This document shows positions 1 to 7,580 of a DNA stretch of 10,568 nucleotides, one piece after another. A program made the position numbers and the translations under genes. Position 1 is the stretch's first letter; each line of letters begins with the position of its first letter. The DNA comes from Desulfurococcaceae archaeon (GTDB taxonomy: Archaea > Thermoproteota > Thermoprotei_A > Sulfolobales > Desulfurococcaceae): positions 1 through 10,568 of the forward strand of contig JAWAJB010000037.1 in NCBI GenBank assembly GCA_038888155.1, in the 5' to 3' direction. The notes under the pieces were generated by a model, which was not told the DNA's origin, did not search any database, and saw only the letters and a list, made by a program, of their open reading frames with translations.

Positions 1-1
1 T

Positions 2-79
2 TTGAAAAATGGTAGACCTGCTATTCGTGGAAAATGCTCAGTATGTGGAACAACACTATATAGAATAGGGAAGTTATAA
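2..79 (+). CDS. 3' end of a small basic CxxC protein, DUF5679-like (partial, starts before the window)
   Basis: Manual translation from base 2 gives LKNGRPAIRGKCSVCGTTLYRIGKL* (TAA 77-79). This matches the KNGRxAxxGxCxxCGTxxxRI pattern I recall for DUF5679 proteins. Too short for the ORF track. Confidence 0.8.
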   Translation: MKNGRPAIRGKCSVCGTTLYRIGKL

Positions 80-101
80 GTGAATTAAACAAATCAAATA
101 A

Positions 102-117
102 TTTTTTTAACGTTTTT
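102..117 (+). terminator. Oligo-T tract, probable archaeal intrinsic terminator of the DUF5679-like gene
   Basis: T7 run (102-108) followed by T5 (113-117), starting ~23 nt after the stop codon. Confidence 0.4.
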
Positions 118-277
118 ATAAACAGTTGACTTTATTTTCCTCAAGGGTAATTCTTATAAAAATAATCTAAAAATGATTTTTTAAATAATTCATTTAAGTT
201 TTCTCTAATACTTCCTTATATAAATGTCTCTAAAAATATTGTTGAAGAATCTAGGTAGAGAATAAGAATCTCTCTTT

Positions 278-299
278 AGGGTATAAAAAAGGGTATAAA
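278..299 (-). terminator. Oligo-T terminator of the peroxiredoxin gene, inside a 10-bp direct repeat
   Basis: Minus strand reads TTTATACCC-TTTTTT-ATACCCT just after the stop. AGGGTATAAA occurs at 278-287 and 290-299. Confidence 0.45.
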
Positions 300-300
300 T

Positions 301-963
301 TTAGTTATATTTTTTATAGCAGAACCACCAATCTATACACTTTATTTCTCCAGCCTTTTCTTGTTCTCTCCTCTTTAAGATCATGTCTATAGTGTTTGCT
401 GGTGGGACTATTACATTATCGCCTATTATCTCATTATTTGGCCAATTAGCTGGTATAGCATAACCTTTATCGGCAATTTGAAGTGCCTTAACCATTCGAA
501 GTATTTCATCCATGTTTCTACCGAGTTCCATCGGATAATAGAGTATTGCTCTAATAATACCCTTAGGGTCAACTATAAAGACTGCTCTAACAGTTTGCGT
601 TCCTGCAGCTTGTTTATGGCGCATACCTAATCTTGCAGATATTTCACCAGCATTATCTGCAATTATTGGAAATTGTATTTCTATGCCAAGTTTTTCTTTA
701 ATCCATTCTTCCCATTTTAGATGTGCAAAAACCTGGTCTATACTCAATCCTATCAACTCACAATTTAACTTCTTGAATTCTTCATATCGTTTTTGAAATG
801 CAACAAATTCTGTAGTACATACTGGCGTGAAATCCGCTGGGTGACTAAACAAAATAAACCATTTGCCACTATAATCTTCTGGAAGTTTAATTATACCCCT
901 AGTAGTTCTAACTTCCATATGAGGGAAACTATCACCTATTAATGGCATTTTATACTCTTCCAT
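301..963 (-). CDS. Peroxiredoxin, archaeal Prx6/TDXH type (AhpC/TSA family)
   Basis: Peroxidatic motif [14 protein letters not shown], conserved [18 protein letters not shown] and PANWP, and the C-terminal CIDWWFC typical of archaeal Prx6 enzymes. Intact 220 aa, with a GGTGA SD at 968-972. Confidence 0.97.
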   Translation of the reverse strand: MEEYKMPLIGDSFPHMEVRTTRGIIKLPEDYSGKWFILFSHPADFTPVCTTEFVAFQKRYEEFKKLNCELIGLSIDQVFAHLKWEEWIKEKLGIEIQFPIIADNAGEISARLGMRHKQAAGTQTVRAVFIVDPKGIIRAILYYPMELGRNMDEILRMVKALQIADKGYAIPANWPNNEIIGDNVIVPPANTIDMILKRREQEKAGEIKCIDWWFCYKKYN

Positions 964-967
964 AAAT

Positions 968-1012
968 TCACCGATAAAAATTGAAATATGAAAATCTAAA
1001 TATAAGATTTTC
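968..1012 (-). promoter_or_regulatory. Peroxiredoxin SD and BRE/TATA promoter, overlapped by an 8-bp inverted repeat
   Basis: Minus strand reads GAAAATC-TTATATTT-AGATTTTC...GGTGA-ATTT-ATG. GAAAATCT (990-997) and AGATTTTC (1005-1012) are perfect reverse complements. Confidence 0.55.
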
Positions 1013-1038
1013 CCTACGAAAACCCGGATTCCAAATTA

Positions 1039-3687
1039 TTGCACATATATCCAATAGATCCTGAGGGATATCATCTCGAAGAGTGGCACGCTAGGTTAAA
1101 GAGCCTTACAGTGGGTAAGGGTGGAGATATTCTCATTAGGCTCGATAAGCAGGAGATAAATATTCCAATACCAGTTAGCTACGACTACTCTGATAAATCA
1201 TTAAAGACTAAATTTAAGGATTTACATACCTTTGGGAGTTTTAAGAAGGACATTAAGGTTTTCTCTTGTAGAGGAAGATTGCCTGAAACTACCAACGTAA
1301 GTTTCTGCGAGTATCTTAGTTGGAATGAGAAGAATAAGGTAATGGCTCTCTTCGGTGGGAAGAACGGCGAAGTCATACGCCTCTATAGGCATCAACTTGA
1401 AGCGCTAAGAATACTTGAGGAGTCAGGACCAGAAAGGCTTTGCCTAATACTTGCATCCGGAATGGCTAGTGGAAAAACTGAAGTTGCCATTTTATATTTA
1501 TTGAAGATTTTCAAGAAGTTGGGAGTAGTAAAGCCTGGAGGACATATTGTAGTCGTTTATCCAACACGCGAACTATTAAGAAACTAGTACGCTAGATGGA
1601 AAACTTATTTTTATGGGCACATGACTTAGGTTATCTTTCGTCACGTGTTGAAGTAGCCAAATTATATGGAGAGCTGGCCCGTAGAGACCCGGTAGAATAT
1701 GAAAGGGAAAAAGAAAAACTTGAAAAATCATACGCATAGTGTTGACAACGGCTTCAACGCTTTTTGGATGGGCCAATAAATTAGATAGCGTTCTAAATTA
1801 TACTGTACCATCGGTTATGCTATTTGATGAAATACACTTTTACACAGCATTAGACTTAACGCTAGTAATGGAGCTACTCAATTTTATACTTAACAAATAT
1901 GGTGGACTAAACAAAATACTTATGTTCTCAGCAACTATAGGGGAGTTAAAGGAATTTGCTGCAAATGTTGAATTTTTCCTGAATGTAAAGACAGTCCCTG
2001 TCAGAGGGGAATCCCTCCAAGGACAGAAAACCACGTACTCAATTGACCTTTCTGAAAAAGATGATAAGCAGCAGGAAGCTGTAATTAATCAGATCTTGGA
2101 GAACTATGCTAAAAGGGGATTCTATGATAAGACGATAATTTTTGCTAAGGACAGAAATGAAGCCGAATCGCTGTACAGTAGACTTAGCCGATCTTTTAGG
2201 AGGATGGCATGCTTACATTTAGGAGATATGGACGAACTAGAGAGGAGAAAATCTGCAAGAGACTTTATGCTTGGAGAGCGTAAAGTCATAATAACCGTTA
2301 AAACTTTAGAGGTTGGAATAGATATAGGCGATGTTTCCAGAGTTATTCATCTAGGCCTTCCACCATCACTTAACGATTTCATGCAAAGAGAGGGGAGAAT
2401 TGGAAGAAGAGGACAGGAATGTGAATCCATTGTGATATTAAGGGATAGCGGCGAAGTTAAGAGGTTCAATAAGTGGATTGAGGAGTTAAGATATGAACCA
2501 ATCCATCTCTGATGAATTCATGTCAAAATTAGAATTTAATCCTTATTGTGAAGTAGCGTCACTAATAAAGCGGAAAATAAGAGCTGAACATAAGTTCCCG
2601 GAAATAATAAGCTTAGGTGGCTTTAATTTTCCATGTAAAGTTTATTGCGGCCTTACTTCGCTGCCAGTTGAATTAAATGGCAGGAAGGTAAAATATGTTT
2701 GGATTAATGATGTAATTTTCAGATATTTGCCATACAGCATTAGAATGGTGCGTGGAAAGCGCTGTATTGTTAAAGAAATAAAGCTTGCCGCTACAAAGGA
2801 AGGCTATAAACTGAAGAACATAGTTATGGAGGATCTTGAAGTATCTGACCTAGTAAAAGATGATCTTAAAAGGCAAGTTCATAAAACGACATCCTATGTT
2901 AAAGTAAATATAATTGCCGCTGACAGATTAAGTGAAAACCCCTATCAAACAATAATTGTAGAATATGAGCCACAATGCGTGAACTACGTGGCAAGGAGGG
3001 AAAAAGAGATACATGATGAGAAAAGTGGGCTTTCCCTAAAAATTCCAGTCTATTACATTATTAGCAGATATCCAGTCCAAAAAGATTTGAGGGGTGCTCT
3101 AAGAAAATACTCAAGAGATTTCACACGAGGTTTCAAACTAGAGTTAAAATCGCCAACGAAATAGTAGACGCATTTCCTTGGCTGCCTCTTGAGAGTAACC
3201 TGAATCTGCTTTTGGATCTTATTAAGACGCCTGTAGACGAATACGCTCATTTAGCCACCCACTTAATACTTAATCGGGTAATTGAGAAGGAAAAATGGAA
3301 TCCTCGCGATGTAGATCATTACGTTGATTCAATGATTAACTTGGATGAAGAATTAAAACAAAGATTAAAAGAAATGCTTAGCAGACCTGCCGACGAAAAT
3401 GAGAAGCGTAAAAGGCTCATTGAATCCTTACTACCAAAGATATCAATAACGGTCGTTGTCGGCAGTAAAGTTGATTTGCTCAAGGGCTTTGACTGGAACG
3501 AGATCAACTCAATGACTTAGAGAAATTAAGCAGTACCGATCTTGAATCAGAGGCGACATTTCCACGCTGTCCAATAAAACCGGATTTCGTTCGTGAGGAC
3601 CCAACAGCCCCTAGGATCATTAAAGGCTTATTTAAATTACTCTTAGAGGAATTAAAGAATACCGCGAATAAAGTCAAGACCTATTAG
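1039..3687 (+). pseudogene. SF2 DEAD/DEAH-box helicase, Hrq1/MrfA/DUF1998-like, probably 5'-truncated and disrupted
   Basis: Motifs occur in order across frames: Q LYRHQLEAL, I SGMASGKTE, Ia VYPTRELLRN, Ib IVLTTASTL, II DEIH, III SAT, IV TIIFAKDRNEAE, V TLEVGIDIG, VI QREGRIGRRG, then FNPY, AHLATHLIL and FPRCP. Lesions: TAG at 1585-1587 where Gln is expected, and frameshifts at ~1610, ~1730, ~2500, ~3148 and ~3508. Joins track ORFs 1039, 1739, 2493 and 3212 with untracked segments 1611-1739 and 3511-3687. No convincing start or SD. Confidence 0.88.
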
Positions 3688-3715
3688 GGAAGTTATATGG
3701 GATTTAAGTAGGGCC

Positions 3716-4240
3716 ATGCAATTGGGGCCAAAGATCATAGGCTGCACAAAAATGATAGAAACTGAACTTGCAAAGAAAATAAGTTCGATGGTCGCTGGGT
3801 GCTTTGAATTACTCACCGCGGAATTTCTCTCCCACAAAGTCGAATTAAGGGAAGTTGCTTATGACGAACCTATTTGTCCTCCATGTGTATATTGGAATGG
3901 AAGACTTCTCGAAGAAATGCCGGTGAGCGCGCCGAGCGGAGTAGCAGATATTGAAATATACTTAGACCTTAAAGAGACATGGATAGTTGATGTCACGTTA
4001 AGCTCGGATAGTAAAATCCAGCTGTTTGAGGTTAGAAGGTTAATGACACATAATCCATCATTAACAGTTTCGCCGAACGTTAAACGGATACTTGTTGCTC
4101 CAAGAATTAATGTGAAACATCAATATATCATTCCTATTGAAATAATGTCTGAGATTAAAAACTTAAGCTTAGAAAGACCAAAGATCATTAGTTACTGGGA
4201 TAAAGTGGAAACGAGGATCCGAGCCATCATAGGAAATTAA
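3716..4240 (+). CDS. AlwI/Nt.BstNBI-like restriction endonuclease catalytic domain (possibly the C-terminal domain of the helicase)
   Basis: GCFELLTAEFL...PVSAPSGVADIEI...WIVDVTLS...QLFEVRRLMTH resembles the AlwI-family P..G..DI / EVT / Q..E / H pattern. The frame is open from 3656, overlapping the helicase tail, so the true start is uncertain. Confidence 0.6.
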   Translation: MQLGPKIIGCTKMIETELAKKISSMVAGCFELLTAEFLSHKVELREVAYDEPICPPCVYWNGRLLEEMPVSAPSGVADIEIYLDLKETWIVDVTLSSDSKIQLFEVRRLMTHNPSLTVSPNVKRILVAPRINVKHQYIIPIEIMSEIKNLSLERPKIISYWDKVETRIRAIIGN

Positions 4241-4405
4241 CAATTCAAGAATATGCTCCCCCCATATTAGTCTCATCATTCTCCTCAGCACTAAAAGTGC
4301 TCATAAAATCTCTCACAAAAGAAATAAAACCCAACGCGCCTAGAAATATTTTGTGGAATTTCAATTGTGATAGAGCATGAAAGTTTTTAGGGGAAGTGCC
4401 AATTT

Positions 4406-4858
4406 ATGAGCGAGCAGACTAGGACTAAGCTTTTGGGGGATTTTGGCGAGTATCTGCTTGCGTGGCTTCTTAGGTCGAGGTTTGGTGTTAACCTAAGCCT
4501 AGTTAAAACTGAAGGAGTAGACCTACTTTGCGTGGACAAAGATGGGGCGCTCTTCCCAAAGAATGAAAACATAGCGATAAGCGTTAGAACCCGTGAACGA
4601 ACAAAAGAGAGGGTCTTGGATAATGTGAATGCTGACTGGAGCAAGATAGAGGAGGCTGCTGAGAGATGGAATGCTAAACCATACTTCGCCTATATAAGGA
4701 TCACACCCGAGAATGGAGAGATAAAAGTCTTCCTACTACCAGTAACTAAGGCAAAGACATATGGTAGAAACTTCAACGTCAAGAAAGCAGAGCTAGACCC
4801 ATCAAACATACTCTTCGAAATGAAATTCGAACAATATGTTCCTAAAAAGCAAAGTTAA
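4406..4858 (+). CDS. Small standalone PD-(D/E)XK restriction endonuclease-like protein
   Basis: GDFGEYLLAWLL (helix Glu), GVDLL (catalytic Asp) and IAISVRTR at the usual (E/Q)xK strand. Intact 150 aa with an ATG start. Confidence 0.7.
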   Translation: MSEQTRTKLLGDFGEYLLAWLLRSRFGVNLSLVKTEGVDLLCVDKDGALFPKNENIAISVRTRERTKERVLDNVNADWSKIEEAAERWNAKPYFAYIRITPENGEIKVFLLPVTKAKTYGRNFNVKKAELDPSNILFEMKFEQYVPKKQS

Positions 4859-4921
4859 TGAGTTATATTAAAAGAAACTCAGTGAACTATGCAGGAGATA
4901 TAAAGTGAGTTATATCTCTGA

Positions 4922-5026
4922 CTTGGAAAACCACTAGAAACAATTCTTAACGAATCTGAAAAAGAGCTAATCGAACAGCTTACTGCAAAGGGACTAAAGT
5001 ATAAAGAGAAAGTAATAGTAGATTAA
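4922..5026 (+). pseudogene. Probable 3' remnant of an unknown gene
   Basis: Start-less open frame LGKPLETILNESEKELIEQLTAKGLKYKEKVIVD*. A protein-like stretch in another frame precedes it (KKLSELCRRYKVSYI, ~4872-4916). No family recognised. Confidence 0.3.
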
Positions 5027-5116
5027 AATACTGAATAATTTGAAGGGAATCCTCAGATATAGGCTTATTTAGCCTATAATCTTTAGCCTGACAGAAGAAT
5101 CTCATTGGGAGTTTTC

Positions 5117-6127
5117 TTAGATTTTTAGGTAATTGAGGATCCTATCGATTGTGCTCCTTAGGTCTGGGTTTGTGTAGAATGTTGCGTCTGGGTGGTTTGC
5201 TGGAACCCTATCCCTGCCATCCTGCTTTAGCATCCCCATCTTTTTTAGCTCTAGTATATTGACTGTTGTCTCCTCGATGCTTATGCCGAGCCCATTCGAT
5301 ATACTCCTTATCGAGACTCTATGTGAGCTACTCCTAACATACTTAAGGATAGTCAGCTGCTCTCTGCTCAGGTATGGTAGGCCGTCCTTGAACACCATAA
5401 GTCTCCTCTCCGGAAACCTTATCCACGCCTCGCTCGTTAGCTCCCTTGTAGCGATTATTGTTGCCACCTCATCCTCGGCCTTAAGCTCGCTTAAGTCCAC
5501 TTCGAAGTCCTCATCAAGCAGCTTTACAACTCCCATGTGCGGTGGGACTCGAATAATGTAGTATAGGCTTGAGTATCCAGACCAGAACGCGTAGAGATGT
5601 TCTCCATCACTCATTAAGAAGTTGAACCCGCCGTAGCCGGCGAACTCGTTAGCGGCACCCTCTATGCATTTAACCCTCTCATATATGCTGGCTCCCCTCC
5701 CAAGCTCCCTGAGTCGGTCCAGTATTAGGCAAAAGGCTTTTTCGGAGTCCGTCTCACCAATTGGTTCGTAGAATCTTGGGTTCGGCAGCTTTCCAATAAG
5801 CGTCCCATTATGCGCGAATACCCATTCCCTACCAAAGAGTTCCCTAACAAATGGATGAGTATTACGGTACGCTACTTCACCTTTAGAAGCCCACCTAACA
5901 TGGCTTATAACAATCTTACCCCTAACAAAATTAGCAGACTTTAAAAATGAAGCCATAGTGCTGTTCACAGAGGGATTAGGCTCCTTAATCAAACATATAG
6001 AACGCCCATCCGGGTAGAAGGCGACACCCCAACCATCCCTATGAACCCTACCCCTAGCCAGAAAACCACGCCAAGAAAAGCCAATACTAATAGACCTATT
6101 ACATGAGAAACCAAATAATTCACACAT
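5117..6127 (-). CDS. Class II glutamine amidotransferase-like Ntn hydrolase (YafJ/EgtC/Dug3, GATase_4) with a C-terminal winged-helix extension
   Basis: N-terminal nucleophile MCELFG, HRDGWGVAFY, SHVRWAS, NTHPF, FAHNG, GETDSE, NFLMSDG and IATRELT. Then ~80 extra residues, LSREQLTILKYV...SIRSISNGLGISIEETTVNILELKKMGML. GGAGG SD at 6134-6138. Confidence 0.92.
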   Translation of the reverse strand: MCELFGFSCNRSISIGFSWRGFLARGRVHRDGWGVAFYPDGRSICLIKEPNPSVNSTMASFLKSANFVRGKIVISHVRWASKGEVAYRNTHPFVRELFGREWVFAHNGTLIGKLPNPRFYEPIGETDSEKAFCLILDRLRELGRGASIYERVKCIEGAANEFAGYGGFNFLMSDGEHLYAFWSGYSSLYYIIRVPPHMGVVKLLDEDFEVDLSELKAEDEVATIIATRELTSEAWIRFPERRLMVFKDGLPYLSREQLTILKYVRSSSHRVSIRSISNGLGISIEETTVNILELKKMGMLKQDGRDRVPANHPDATFYTNPDLRSTIDRILNYLKI

Positions 6128-6133
6128 AAAAGC

Positions 6134-6174
6134 CCTCCAGAAAAATCATTACATTTAAAGCATTAAAAGTTTAT
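6134..6174 (-). promoter_or_regulatory. SD and candidate TATA box of the amidotransferase gene
   Basis: Minus strand reads TAAAC-TTTTAATG-CTTTAAAT...GGAGG-GCTTTT-ATG. Confidence 0.45.
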
Positions 6175-6179
6175 TAGAC

Positions 6180-6914
6180 TCATGATTTAAGTGCTTTTCC
6201 AATTTCATTCAATAGGGTGACGAGGGCGGCAACAGATTTCTTAGCCTCAGCTACAGTCTCCGCTTCAATAACCTAACACCTTGCGGCAAGACTTCTGAGC
6301 CTTACTGATCTTGTCTCTCCCAACAACCAGGAACTTGACTGCGGCGTTAACTAGGCTGAGCTTAAATAATGCTTCCTTTAGGTTTCCCATCAAGACCACT
6401 TCGAAGGCAGTTGTGATAGCTCCATCCTTAATATAAGCTGCGTCTAGCCTTAAGTCGTCGACGATTTTATACTCAAGGGAGACCTCGTAACCCTTAACTC
6501 TGCCTATCTCAGCTATGATTGAACATACTTCATCATGCTCGCCTATGTCGCCTTTAGCACGAAAAACCCTATCCACAAGTATTTTAACTTCATTCATAAT
6601 AGTGTCTGATATTTTACTTAGATCAACCTCGACGAGATCGCCCTCTTCCACATCGAATACGTAACTGAGCAATTCGCTCGCCTTAGCTATACAACTTTTC
6701 TCCTTTGGAAACCTTTGTCTGATAAAGGTTTTTGGGGAACTCAGCACAGCACTTCTGGGTCGACCCAATAGAGCCTAATGTAGGCTACGTCATCCTCTTC
6801 AACTTCAACTGCCAGAACCAGGTCTTTCAGGGAGCTGCGTGGAACAATCAAGTACTCAGCCAGCTCCCCTACAATTGATTCAACGGCCAGTTTTCGCAAT
6901 CTGAAAATTCTCAT
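6180..6914 (-). pseudogene. PD-(D/E)XK nuclease-domain protein, frameshifted
   Basis: ATG at 6914 opens MRIFRLRKLAVESIVGELAEYLIVP...IRLYWVDPEVL, which shifts at ~6750 into the tracked ORF. That ORF carries HDEVCSIIAEIG..GY...EY....RLDAAY...AFEVVLMGNLKEALFKL. Further shifts at ~6275-6290 lead to VIEAETVAEAKKSVAALVTLLNEIGKALKS* (stop 6180-6182). Confidence 0.65.
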
Positions 6915-6926
6915 GCCATCCCTAAC

Positions 6927-7118
6927 AAAGAAGAAGTTTTAAAGACATGGCTTAAGGCATTTGGAGTGCAGGTGGTTAGATTAAGGTTATCCGGCCACTA
7001 CCTACCATATCAATTCCGTAACATAATTGAGACTTTGAAATCAAAAGATATAATTCCGCTACATACAGAAGAAGCTGAATCCACGAAAAAGATATTTCAA
7101 AAATTTATGCATCAGTAA
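6927..7118 (+). pseudogene. C-terminal remnant of an RNase J-like beta-CASP metallo-beta-lactamase nuclease
   Basis: Untracked frame KEEVLKTWLKAFGVQVVRLRLSGHYLPYQFRNIIETLKSKDIIPLHTEEAESTKKIFQKFMHQ*. SGH (motif B) and IPLHTE (motif C) have the typical spacing. The N-terminal MBL core is absent. Confidence 0.82.
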
Positions 7119-7182
7119 ATTTATTGCGCAAAATTGGGGCTGGGGGGACATTTTAAGGGAGTAGAAGACGGATATTCTTAGC

Positions 7183-7328
7183 GCTCTTTTTGGAGAGAAA
7201 GGTGGTGAAGTTCTACGTCTCTATAGACATCAGCTTGAAGCGTTAAGAACCTGAGCTCAGAAAACCAAAGGGACATCAGTTATATGAAAGAAGGCAGAGA
7301 CAAGATTCGAGCCATGATACGAAATTAA
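7183..7328 (+). repeat. Internally deleted, diverged second copy of the helicase-nuclease module
   Basis: 7183-7248 matches 1345-1410 (19/22 aa and 51/66 nt by hand count). 7248-7328 matches 4160-4240 (12/26 aa identical, same length, stop aligned). Confidence 0.85.
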
Positions 7329-7580
7329 TCATTTAGAATTAATATCAAATCAAAAATCGTTATTCAAAGTCTACGCTGAAGTTGAAAAAGGGAAAAGGTT
7401 ACGTTAAAGCGTGAGCCTTTTAGTCGGAAAATCTGCTCTGCTCCAGAGATAAGAGGTATGCCTCAAGATACAAACAGTGGCTGTAGAGATCAAAAGGTAA
7501 AACCGTAGTCATGTGACTTACCTGAATCCGTTATACTTCGGATCCGCAATTATGCCAAATCAATTATAGGAGTTTCATTG

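Noticed and set aside
1000-1050. att site duplicating the tRNA-Phe 3' end at the left island edge
   Set aside because: No convincing match to TGGTGCCGGGGGTGGGATTTGAACCC was seen by eye here or elsewhere in the window.
1585-1587. In-frame TAG at the conserved Gln after helicase motif Ia, as possible pyrrolysine or stop-codon reassignment
   Set aside because: A single C-to-T change from CAG explains it, and the gene has five further frameshifts that recoding would not rescue.
1039-3687. Programmed ribosomal frameshifting in the helicase
   Set aside because: Too many shifts in both directions, with no shared slippery heptamer. Decay or assembly error is simpler.
4241-4345. Hairpin AGCACT-AAA-AGTGCT (4287-4301) and a short minus-strand frame LGALGFISFVRDFMSTFSAEENDETNMGGAYS*
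   Set aside because: A 6-bp stem is within chance, and the peptide has no recognisable family.
1185-4644. Short minus-strand ORFs at 1185, 1576, 1840, 3053, 3319, 3652 and 4387
   Set aside because: Antisense shadows of the helicase and nuclease genes, with no motifs.
7330-7580. Broken protein-like plus-strand frames (e.g. CDLPESVILRIRNYAKSIIG)
   Set aside because: Possibly another remnant, but there is no motif or start to support a call.
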